From: an uncultured Thermoplasmata archaeon
Lineage (GTDB): Archaea > Thermoplasmatota > Thermoplasmata > Lutacidiplasmatales > UBA184
Reading direction: 5' to 3'
NCBI GenBank assembly: GCA_963749195.1
Contig: CAVVLX010000007.1
Coordinates: 2,036 to 66,035 of the forward strand
DNA: 64,000 nucleotides
Numbering within the stretch: position 1 is the first letter of the stretch; the number at the start of each line of letters is the position of its first letter. Shown here one piece after another: positions 29,943 through 38,246 of this stretch. Below the pieces are notes generated by a model, which saw only the letters and a list, made by a program, of their open reading frames with translations, was not told the origin of the DNA and searched no databases. Position numbers and translations under genes: made by a program.

Positions 29943-30470
29943 GTGAAGCGAACTAAATCTCCTCGTATCTACCGGGTGCTGATCCAAGCAAGAGATCTGA
30001 ATCAGTCTCGACGCTTTTACGAGGCCTTGCTTTCCTCCCGGGGGCGCCCGGTAGCCGGCGGTCGAATTTACTTCGATTGCGGTCCCGTCTTGCTGGGGAT
30101 TCTGGATTACTCCTCGGAAAGGGACGCTCCTCCCTCGCCTCCCACGGAGGCGTTGTACTTTTCCACCAGCGACTTGGACGGGATCCACCGTCGGGCACGC
30201 AAGTTAGGTTGCTTATCTCCGGGCCTGCTTCACGACGATCCGTCCAACCCCCTGGGAGAGATCGTCGTCCGCCCGTGGGGCGAACGCTCATTCTACGCCG
30301 ATGATCCCTCCGGAAATCCCCTTTGTTTCGTCGATGAACGTACCCTCTTCACCGGGACGCCGAGCCAGGTCGCCGCGCTTTCCAGAAATCTCGGCGCTCA
30401 TGGGCCGACCCGGGCTTCAACGGGCAAAAAGGGATCGCACCGTCCCCCGCGGACCTCTCGAAGCCGCTAA
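29943..30470 (+). CDS. VOC-family (glyoxalase fold) protein with a basic C-terminal tail
   Basis: YRVLIQARDLNQSRRFYEALL and VRPWGERSFYADDPSGNPLCFVDE. Confidence 0.65.
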   Translation: MKRTKSPRIYRVLIQARDLNQSRRFYEALLSSRGRPVAGGRIYFDCGPVLLGILDYSSERDAPPSPPTEALYFSTSDLDGIHRRARKLGCLSPGLLHDDPSNPLGEIVVRPWGERSFYADDPSGNPLCFVDERTLFTGTPSQVAALSRNLGAHGPTRASTGKKGSHRPPRTSRSR

Positions 30471-30552
30471 CGCCGGCCCCGCGTAATCCCGGAGAAGGGA
30501 AAACTCGGTCCATACGCCCCGGCGGCGCGTATCGAGCTTGATCTACTCGGAT

Positions 30553-30975
30553 CTACGGCGGAGGCTGGCCGGGGGGCGCCTCTTTCTCAGCCTTCTTACG
30601 GGTCATCTCCTGCTCTAGCTTTTGGACTTCCAGATGCGCGGCCGCCTCGATTTTCCGTGCCTCCTGCTCCGCGAGGTCCACACTTTCGTGCCAGAGTCGA
30701 AGCGCAATCGGCCCCACCACGAAGATCACCGCGCTCAGCACCGAGCCCACCGAGACGAACCCCATGATCGAGGCGAAAATTTTCCCCGCGTTGGTGAACA
30801 GGGTGAATGGCGGCCCCTGCCCGGTCGCGAGCATACTCTCGAAATAGAACGCATTGATCCAGTTCGCACTCTCAATCAGGTGGAAACCGATAGTTCCGAC
30901 AATCACCGCGCCGACCACCGCGAGCACTGCGTAGATCGCATGCCGGACTTCCGCCTTCGTCACGGGGCGACGCAT
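30553..30975 (-). CDS. two-helix ion-channel-like protein (Ion_trans_2-like) with degenerate selectivity filter
   Basis: WINAFYFESMLATGQGPPFTLFTNAGKIFASIMGFVSVG parallels the pore-helix/filter/inner-helix layout of prokaryotic K+ channels. ATGQGP replaces T(V/I)GYGD, and there is a coiled-coil-like C-terminus. Confidence 0.5.
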   Translation of the reverse strand: MRRPVTKAEVRHAIYAVLAVVGAVIVGTIGFHLIESANWINAFYFESMLATGQGPPFTLFTNAGKIFASIMGFVSVGSVLSAVIFVVGPIALRLWHESVDLAEQEARKIEAAAHLEVQKLEQEMTRKKAEKEAPPGQPPP

Positions 30976-31129
30976 CGGAGGACCGCGTCCCTCGTTCGTG
31001 ATGGGACTATCGTAAGTACTGAAACTGGGAAACGGAGTACATCGAGTCCATGTGATCCAGATCTCACGGATTCAACGTCCTATGTACCGTGGGGGATTCC
31101 CGTACCCCGTACGGCCGATCGCCGGCAAT

Positions 31130-31495
31130 CTACGTTGGCGCCCGCGCCGACCTCCGGCGAGGGCGGTCAGCGGCGGCTGCTCCCTCTCCTTGCCGATGGC
31201 GGCTCGATCTTGGCTTCCACCCGTGGAGATCCATACGCACTCGGTTGCCGCGAAATTTCACTCCCTCGAGCTGGAGGCGTAGTCGCTGTTCGTGCCCGTC
31301 TTCGCCCTGCAGCGCAATCCTCCCACCGGCACCGACGACTCGGTGCCACGGTAATCCGATGGTCCCCTGCAACGCGCGGACGGTTACACGCGCCGCCCGG
31401 GGGAATCCGGCGGCTTCCGCCACTTGGCCGTACGTGATCACCCTCCCCCGAGGTACGCGGGCGATCACCGCTCTGAACGGCCCCAGCTTGGACAT
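31130..31495 (-). CDS. alkyltransferase-like (ATL) protein, MGMT DNA-binding domain without the reactive Cys
   Basis: From the ATG at 31495: VPRGRVITYGQVAEAAGFPRAARVTVRAL...GLPWHRVV. PWHRV replaces the PCHRV active site. Confidence 0.75.
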   Translation of the reverse strand: MSKLGPFRAVIARVPRGRVITYGQVAEAAGFPRAARVTVRALQGTIGLPWHRVVGAGGRIALQGEDGHEQRLRLQLEGVKFRGNRVRMDLHGWKPRSSRHRQGEGAAAADRPRRRSARAPT

Positions 31496-31549
31496 CGCGA
31501 GAGGGTGACTGGCTCGGGTATAAGTCCTGAGGGACTCTGACGCGTCGTC

Positions 31550-32074
31550 ATGAGAGCCTCCGTATTCATTGCGACGAGTCTCGACGGGTTCATCGCGCGG
31601 CGGGACGGGGGGCTGGACTGGTTGCCGGCCGATGGAGGCGAGCCCCATGGCTACGAGGAGTTCATCGCCACGGTCGATGCGATCGTCATCGGCCGGAAGA
31701 CGCTCGAGACCGTCCTGACGTACGAAGTATGGCCCTACGAAACGAAGCCCGTGATCGCCCTCAGCAACACCTTGGGAGAGGTCCAGGTGCCGGACGGCGC
31801 TATACTAGAGATCATGGCCGGTACGCCTCAGCAGATCGTGGCTCGACTGGAGGAGCGAGGGTTGAAGCACATCTATGTCGACGGAGGAGTGACCATCCAA
31901 AACTTCCTGAGGGCTGGACTGATCCAGCGTATGACCATCACTCGCGTCCCAGTTCTGCTGGGCAGCGGGGTTCCTCTGTTCGGGTCCCTCCCGCACGATC
32001 TCCGACTCGAGCACGTCGGCACGGCATCGTATCCGAGCGGGTTGGTCAAGAGCGAGTATCGAATTATTTCCTAG
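31550..32074 (+). CDS. dihydrofolate-reductase-family protein (RibD C-terminal domain)
   Basis: MRASVFIATSLDGFIARRDGGLDWL, VIGRKTLE and IYVDGGVTIQNFL. Confidence 0.85.
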   Translation: MRASVFIATSLDGFIARRDGGLDWLPADGGEPHGYEEFIATVDAIVIGRKTLETVLTYEVWPYETKPVIALSNTLGEVQVPDGAILEIMAGTPQQIVARLEERGLKHIYVDGGVTIQNFLRAGLIQRMTITRVPVLLGSGVPLFGSLPHDLRLEHVGTASYPSGLVKSEYRIIS

Positions 32075-32140
32075 TCGCGCCGGGCGAGCGCTCGCAGGCG
32101 TCAACCTGACGTCGGATCGAGTCTCGAGTCGAGCTTGCCC

Positions 32141-32680
32141 CTACTTTCGAATTCGCCTTCGGTGCGCCTTCGCCCGCGAGACCTTCCCGATGAGTCCACA
32201 TCGACGAGCGAGCCGGCGGTGTTCGGTGGGGCTGATCCATTCGATCTTGAGGTAGTCGAGGAGCTGGCGGTTGGTCATGCCGATGCGCTGGCCCTCCTGA
32301 ATCGTGAGCCGATACGCTTCGATCTCCGAGGGAGCATCGACGTAACTCAACTTTGGATAGAACAGCGGGCGTCCCTTGCGAAATTGCCTCACATGGCACA
32401 ACTCGTGGACGAGGTCGAGATAGACGGTGCGGAAATCCGAATCCTTCAGGTGGCGAGTGCTAATGATCAGGTGACCGTCGATGTCGCTTGTCCCCATGTA
32501 CCCGAATCGGGCGGAGAAGAACTCGACCTTCTGGGATCGCAGCACGCGCTTCACCTGCGCTCCAAATAGGGCACGGACGGTGGGGACCGATTCGAAACCC
32601 CGGAAGAATTTCATGAACGGGTAAAGCCTCGCGGGCGCATTCCGTTCAATCTGAACCCCGAGCTTCGATTCTACTGCCAT
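32141..32680 (-). CDS. HExxH-motif protein, putative metallopeptidase (family not recognised)
   Basis: From the ATG at 32680. Single HExxH (LVHELCHVRQF), about 180 aa, basic C-terminus. Confidence 0.45.
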   Translation of the reverse strand: MAVESKLGVQIERNAPARLYPFMKFFRGFESVPTVRALFGAQVKRVLRSQKVEFFSARFGYMGTSDIDGHLIISTRHLKDSDFRTVYLDLVHELCHVRQFRKGRPLFYPKLSYVDAPSEIEAYRLTIQEGQRIGMTNRQLLDYLKIEWISPTEHRRLARRCGLIGKVSRAKAHRRRIRK

Positions 32681-32985
32681 GGTGATTGTCTCCTCGGGAG
32701 GGGAGGAGCAAGGGTTCAAAGTGACTTCGGCCAGCGGTCCACCGTCTGGGGGCCGGAACGGGCGGCCTCCTGGACGAAGCACGAGACTCGAAACAGGTCG
32801 GAAGAGACGCGGAGGAAGCGACCGCCTCGTGACGACCGACGCTGAGATGCGTCCAATCACTGCCGAAGGAAACACGCCACGCGGAGGGATCCGACCGCCG
32901 CGGTATTCGGTACCTCACAAAAAAGAGAAGCCAGCCGCCGCGGACGAAGGTCCGCAGCGACTGGCGGAGGGCCGATTCAAGCGCT

Positions 32986-34098
32986 TTACCCGATTACATA
33001 GACCGTGTTCGTCGCCCAACCGGTGACGTAGATATGGTGCGTCCCTGAGTCGTAGGCCATGAACTGGAGCTCGGCTCCCGTTCCCACGAATACCGCGTGG
33101 GAGACTCCAGAAGATGAAATCGTCCAAACATCGCTGCCGGCGCGACCGCTCACGTAGATATCGTGAGTCGTGGGGGAATAGAGGATGCTCGTCGTCCCGA
33201 GCAGTTTGCCGAGCGAGAACGTGGTGTTCACGTAGGTATGCAGGACCACGGAAGCGGGATCCAACACGTGCATCGTGTTTCCAAACAAGCTCCCGACAAG
33301 CACCGTGTCGTTGACCGGATCCCAAGCGATCGCCCCGGGAACGGTGGAAATGCTGAAGCTGCCGACATACGCGAAGGTCGAGGCGTCGAAAAGGTCCACG
33401 GAGTAGGGCATCCCGCACTGGTCGCCGATCCAAACGTACCCATCCGCCACCAAGAGAGACGCGGCTTGGCAATCATTGATCGCGAAGAGCTGCACGCCGG
33501 CCTCGGTGCTCCCGAAGATCGCGTCGACGCCGCCGCAATAGTCGACGACGAGCATCGCGTTGGCCGGTGCGTCCCAAGTCATCGGGCCGGGAGAGCAAAA
33601 CCCTCCCAGGATCGTGACAATGGAAGTCCCTTTCAGAAAGTACACTTGATCGTCATAGGAGTCGGAGACCAAGACCTCGTGCAAGCTCGGATCGTAAGCC
33701 ACGCCATAGGGAATGTCCGTACCGAGATGGATCGTTGCGATAACGGTGCAGGGCGCTTTCAGGATCGAAATCCCGCCGTCACCGGACTCGGAGTCGGCGA
33801 CGTAGACGTCGTGATCGGAGGGATCGTAGGCGACCCCCTCGGGATTGTTACCGACAAGACAGCTTGCGCTCACCGCTGACCCAGACGGCACAATGGCCCC
33901 GACGGCTGGCCCGACGATGCCGACGGCGGCGGTCGAACTCGGCGCGGAGGTTCCGGGTTGCGCCGAAGCCACGCCCGCCAGGGCAAAGGCTGCGACCGCA
34001 AACGCGACTAGGACGATCACCGAGACAGCCGCAGAAGCTGCCCGACGCCGTCGATAGCTTTCGTCGATTTCTCGTTGGGGACGACTGATGGCTCGCAT
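32986..34098 (-). CDS. YVTN-type beta-propeller repeat protein, N-terminally membrane-anchored
   Basis: Signal/anchor AAVSVIVLVAFAVAAFALAGVASA followed by repeats of the type PEGVAYDPSDHDVYVADS / PYGVAYDPSLHEVLVSDS / MAYDSGTHHIYVTG. Confidence 0.75.
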   Translation of the reverse strand: MRAISRPQREIDESYRRRRAASAAVSVIVLVAFAVAAFALAGVASAQPGTSAPSSTAAVGIVGPAVGAIVPSGSAVSASCLVGNNPEGVAYDPSDHDVYVADSESGDGGISILKAPCTVIATIHLGTDIPYGVAYDPSLHEVLVSDSYDDQVYFLKGTSIVTILGGFCSPGPMTWDAPANAMLVVDYCGGVDAIFGSTEAGVQLFAINDCQAASLLVADGYVWIGDQCGMPYSVDLFDASTFAYVGSFSISTVPGAIAWDPVNDTVLVGSLFGNTMHVLDPASVVLHTYVNTTFSLGKLLGTTSILYSPTTHDIYVSGRAGSDVWTISSSGVSHAVFVGTGAELQFMAYDSGTHHIYVTGWATNTVYVIG

Positions 34099-34336
34099 AA
34101 TCCCAGAAGCGAATCTTGCTCATTAAGTGGGCGTTTGAGCGCAGAATCCACCATCCCAGTCGGATTCTACCGATGGATTTTTTTCCCGCTTCCGAGAACG
34201 TCGACGGGTGGAACAGGGGGAAATTTCGGCGGTTCCTCCACGCGTGCGGCTTGGGTGTCGTTCGAGGACCCTGAGTCCGATTCGTGGAGTCGGTTCACAC
34301 CCCCCCCTCACGCGACTGTCTAGACCGGAAAGGTTG

Positions 34337-34378
34337 ACCCCCCGGTGGGGGGGTTGTCGTTGGTCCCTTCCAGGGACC
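34337..34378. other. two adjacent perfect G/C hairpins in a 580-bp ORF-poor gap
   Basis: ACCCCCC-GGTG-GGGGGGT (34337-34354) and GGTCCCT-TCC-AGGGACC (34362-34378). Confidence 0.5.
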
Positions 34379-34679
34379 TACGCTTGCTGGATATGTTCGA
34401 GCGGGTGCCCGTCGTGATTCTGCAGTTCGGCAGTATCGGTCGATGGGAATTCAGTTCCGCACGTCGTGCACCGGATCGTTGTCGGCTGGGGGGTCGGCAT
34501 AACCCCAGCAAAGTTGACCGGTATATACAATCCTCCGAGCCCCTCCCCACCTTCCTAAGAGTGCCTCCGAAGGGGTCGCAGGACTCAGGATGACCACGCC
34601 GAAATTCTGTGCTCGTATCGCGCTTCCCAACCTCAAAAAGTTCGGCCCCTCGAGATCTCGCCGCTCGGAAGGTGGGAGA

Positions 34680-35324
34680 TCACCAAGGAATGCGGGTCGC
34701 TTTTGCGAGAAACTCGTTCAATGGGTCGAGGTGCCGACAGGCCTGCTCGAACGTGCGGCCGAACGTGGTGCTCGATACCTCGGCGTCGGATAGCGAGTGC
34801 GCGGCGTAGAAGTCCTTCCGACGCAGGTCTTCCGCGTAACGATGATCCGGATCGTAACCGGCCGGAACGCGAACGTATGACTCTCCCCCTATCTCGATCC
34901 CTCCCTTGAGCACTCGTCCCCACCCCGTAGGATCCGCCACGATCGCATCCCGGATCTGTTTGAGCGCCGGAGGATCGGGATGCCAGATTCCGGAAGCGAC
35001 CATACTGTCCCCAGGAGCGACGTGAAGGAAAAATCCGGGAAGATTTCCCCCGCTCCGGGCGCGGTCGTGGCCGAAGTGAATTCCGAGGGCGGTCTTGTAC
35101 GGACTCTTGTCCTTGGAAAATCGCGTGTCGCGGTAAATCCGCGAGAGGGAGCCGCCAAACGGCCGTGCATCGGCCACGATATGGGGACTCAAGCGAGCGA
35201 GACGCGGACCCATCGCCTCGATAAATTGGAGCGCGGGAACTTGCACCGCGTTTTCGTAGCGGGATTTGTTCTGCTGGAACCAGTCTCGGTTGTTGTTGCG
35301 CGCGAGCTCTCGGAGGAATGCCAA
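34680..35324 (-). CDS. DUF2461 (TIGR02453) family protein
   Basis: FLRELARNNNRDWFQQNKSRYE and SLSRIYRDTRFSKDKSPYKT. Confidence 0.85.
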   Translation of the reverse strand: MAFLRELARNNNRDWFQQNKSRYENAVQVPALQFIEAMGPRLARLSPHIVADARPFGGSLSRIYRDTRFSKDKSPYKTALGIHFGHDRARSGGNLPGFFLHVAPGDSMVASGIWHPDPPALKQIRDAIVADPTGWGRVLKGGIEIGGESYVRVPAGYDPDHRYAEDLRRKDFYAAHSLSDAEVSSTTFGRTFEQACRHLDPLNEFLAKATRIPW

Positions 35325-35424
35325 CGTCTGGGGACCTAACGCGGAGGAGGGAGGGGTGGTGCGGGCCGTCGGCGTCGACCTCCAGATCTGTGGAAACGGG
35401 CCCGCTCTTAGCGCCGTCGGCCGG

Positions 35425-35781
35425 TTACTTTCCCATCATCGGCGCGAACGGTCGGGCGTCGAACACGACCCGGATCCGGTCGATCTTGCCGTTCTTTACG
35501 TGGTGCCACTCGGCAATGAACGCCGTACCGGCGGGGGTGTGCGTGACGAGGTCGTACAAGAGACACACGTCCTCTCCATCGACGAATACTTTGTGCAGGT
35601 CCACACGATCGACGATGTGATGCAGTTTCTGAAGGGCGTCGAGGTACTCCTCGGGCTTCGAGAAGCTGTCAAATGGCCCGACGAACTGAATCGCGTCCGC
35701 AAGGTGCGTTCGCGCCGCCGCCCAATCGTTCGTTCCCATCGCCGCTTGCATCCCCATCACCACATCCTTTGCCCCGGTCAT
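35425..35781 (-). CDS. NTF2-like (SnoaL-type) protein
   Basis: From the ATG at 35781, about 118 aa. WAAARTHLADAIQFVGPF and AEWHHVKNGKIDRIRVVFD. Confidence 0.6.
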   Translation of the reverse strand: MTGAKDVVMGMQAAMGTNDWAAARTHLADAIQFVGPFDSFSKPEEYLDALQKLHHIVDRVDLHKVFVDGEDVCLLYDLVTHTPAGTAFIAEWHHVKNGKIDRIRVVFDARPFAPMMGK

Positions 35782-35800
35782 CTGCTTCCTCCGTACGCTT

Positions 35801-36196
35801 CTATTCCGGCGGCGCGTCCTGCCAACAGGCGAGGATTGGGCCCCCCGGAATCTTGAACCAGAAGAAGCGTCCCATCCCCGGGACGACAACGGGCGGAAGG
35901 ACGACGCTGCCGCCGGCCTGCTCCACCCGGCGTTGAGCTTCTTCTAAGTCGGTCACGCGAATGTAGCTCAAGCTGGACGGAGCTTCGGTCCGCTGGGTCG
36001 GCCGGATCCCTCCGCGTCCTCCTCCAGGAATCTCGAAGGAGAGGTACTCGCCTTGTGGCATCTGTCGGGTCTGGAACGTCCAGTGGAAGGCTTGCTCGAG
36101 GAAGTGGCGGGTGGCCCGCGGATCCTCGCTCGCCAGTTCGGTGAACGCGAACGAGGTCGAGAGCGGGCTGGGTCTTCCGCGATTCGCTCCACTCAT
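35801..36196 (-). CDS. VOC-family protein
   Basis: FAFTELASEDPRATRHFLEQAFHW and GMGRFFWFKIPGGPILACWQ. Confidence 0.75.
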   Translation of the reverse strand: MSGANRGRPSPLSTSFAFTELASEDPRATRHFLEQAFHWTFQTRQMPQGEYLSFEIPGGGRGGIRPTQRTEAPSSLSYIRVTDLEEAQRRVEQAGGSVVLPPVVVPGMGRFFWFKIPGGPILACWQDAPPE

Positions 36197-36263
36197 ACGC
36201 CCCGCCCCACGAGAGGTATCTCTTGGATACTACTTATCACGACTAGGGACTCGAGGGATACCA

Positions 36264-36662
36264 GTGCGAACGAAATCCCGCGCTGTCCGATCACCGACAC
36301 GGACGCTGCCGGCGCTCGTCTACCAACACGACCCGATTCGACAGAGCGTCCAGCGACTTGGTCGGAAGTGGACCCTGCTCCTCGTGCGAGACCTCGCTTT
36401 CCTCCACCTGAACCGATTCGGAGAATTTCGCCGCAATAATCCGGGACTTTCGGCCCGAGTACTTTCTCGGCGCCTGCGTGAGATGGAGGAAGAAGGGCTC
36501 GTCGTGCGGGAGGTCGCATCGAAGGAAGTCCGCTACCGGTTGACCGCTCGAGGCGAAGAAGCCGCGCTGATTCTTCTGGGTTTCCTAAATTACGGACTGA
36601 AGCATCACATCGGACCGAAACCGCCGATAGACCAATCCTCGACCGCGCGTCCGCATCCCTAG
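36264..36662 (+). CDS. HxlR-family transcriptional regulator
   Basis: LGRKWTLLLVRDLAF...FGEFRRNNPGLSARVLSRRLREMEEEGLVVR. An in-frame GTG at 36264 avoids overlap with the divergent VOC gene; the track start at 36111 is rejected. Confidence 0.7.
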   Translation: MRTKSRAVRSPTRTLPALVYQHDPIRQSVQRLGRKWTLLLVRDLAFLHLNRFGEFRRNNPGLSARVLSRRLREMEEEGLVVREVASKEVRYRLTARGEEAALILLGFLNYGLKHHIGPKPPIDQSSTARPHP

Positions 36663-36857
36663 TCGCCCGATGCGACTTTTCGGTCGCACGGTCGTTCTAA
36701 AGCGGCTCTCAGAGGTCGGATCCCCGAGGTCCCTCCCGGCGCGATCTGCTCCCCCGCGCCTTCGTAGAGCTCATGGGGGCGGAGTGGCCGCGATCGTCGT
36801 GTGCGCCGGCCATCTTTGTCGATAACTCCTTTACCCCGAGGGGACAATCCTCGGCCG

Positions 36858-37610
36858 ATGGCCGGTCAATTCTGCATGAAGTGCGGCAAGCCGTTGGATG
36901 CCGGATCCCAATTCTGCATGAGCTGCGGCACTCCGGCGGGAAATCCGACCCCCCTTTTTGACCCGACGATGAGCGCGGCCCCTCCTCCGCCACCGCCACC
37001 CTCAGGAACCTCACTCGGCGCGGTGCTCGGAGTCGAAGGAGGTCGAAGCTTCCTGCTGCAACATCAGTTGCTCAGTGGGGGCCGCAACTATCGCGTTCTC
37101 AATCCGGAGAAACGCCATCTTTTCACGGTGAGGGAGAGCCTCGGACAGGAACTTCGCGCGAATTTCCTGGGGGGAGGGGGGCCCGCCGGTACCGGATTCC
37201 ACCTAGGCCCCGTGGCCGTCGGGACTCGAACGTTCGTGTGGACGGTCCTCGACTCGGCCGGGTCCGGCCGAGGCACCATCTCGATTCAGATGTCGGGGTA
37301 CCATGCCGCTTCGACTTTGACGGATTCCGCCGGGACTCCGATTTTGGTCGTTCACGTCGATCGGGGTTTGGTCGGCGGACTCACCGCCAACGCGACCCTG
37401 GGCGATGGGCGCCCGATGTTTCTGACGAAAGGTAATCTGTTTCGCCACAACTTCTCGATCCTAGACGCAACCGGCCAGGAAGTCGCGAAGATCCACGAGG
37501 CCTGGGCGTCGGTTCGGGACACGTATAGTTTGGAGATCGTCGGAAACGTCGATCCCCTCGGTCCTCTGATCTTCGCCATCCTGATCGATCGAGAAAAGGA
37601 AACGAACTAG
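36858..37610 (+). CDS. zinc-ribbon protein fused to a LURP-one-related (tubby/scramblase-like) domain
   Basis: From the ATG at 36858: FCMKCGKPLDAGSQFCMSCG, a poly-Pro linker, then a roughly 190-aa domain with NYRVLNPEKRHLFTVRE and ILDATGQEVAKIHEAWASVRDTYSLEI, typical of LOR/YxjI-like proteins. Confidence 0.65.
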   Translation: MAGQFCMKCGKPLDAGSQFCMSCGTPAGNPTPLFDPTMSAAPPPPPPPSGTSLGAVLGVEGGRSFLLQHQLLSGGRNYRVLNPEKRHLFTVRESLGQELRANFLGGGGPAGTGFHLGPVAVGTRTFVWTVLDSAGSGRGTISIQMSGYHAASTLTDSAGTPILVVHVDRGLVGGLTANATLGDGRPMFLTKGNLFRHNFSILDATGQEVAKIHEAWASVRDTYSLEIVGNVDPLGPLIFAILIDREKETN

Positions 37611-37691
37611 CCCTCGAGGGTCGACCTGCGCTGTCGGGTCCAACGGGATGGGTTGCATCCCCTCGGCTGGGTGCGGTCGAACCCCGCTCCC

Positions 37692-38063
37692 TCAATCGAA
37701 GTGACTGGACACGGCCACGAGATAGACGAGAAGGATCGCCACGATCACAAAGCCTACCCAAGACTGGGAGACGAACTCCACGGCTCCGTAGAAGAGGAGC
37801 ACGAGGATCGCGAGAACGAGCGCCCATAGCTCCTGATTCCAGAGTCCATAGGCGACGGCCAGGATGATCGCCCCGATGATGAGAATGATAAGCCCGCCGA
37901 TGAGACCCCCTAAGCCGAATACGGTCGAACTCCCGGCGAGTCCAAAGCCGATCCCCAACAGGGCGATGAGCAGCCCGAGTAGTAGGATGAAGAAACCGAA
38001 AATCCCGATCAGGACGGCGATGATCGCGACCCCCAAGGGAAGTCGTCCGATCGAGGTGGACAC
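37692..38063 (-). CDS. small polytopic membrane protein
   Basis: 123 aa, almost entirely four hydrophobic G/I/L-rich helices. GTG start with TAAAATAG (38087-38094) 24-31 nt upstream. Confidence 0.55.
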   Translation of the reverse strand: MSTSIGRLPLGVAIIAVLIGIFGFFILLLGLLIALLGIGFGLAGSSTVFGLGGLIGGLIILIIGAIILAVAYGLWNQELWALVLAILVLLFYGAVEFVSQSWVGFVIVAILLVYLVAVSSHFD

Positions 38064-38246
38064 ATTCGACGCAATCAGCCCTCCGCTAAAATAGTTACGA
38101 AATGTCGCTCCGAGTCCATTTCACACTGGATCGAGGGGTTAAGGATACAGGAATAGCGGAGGGGGTAGCACCGGATGCCCGACAAGTCGAAGATTTCGAT
38201 CCCGTGAATTGCCGGTCCTGTCGAGCCCTTCCCGAATTTCCCGGTT

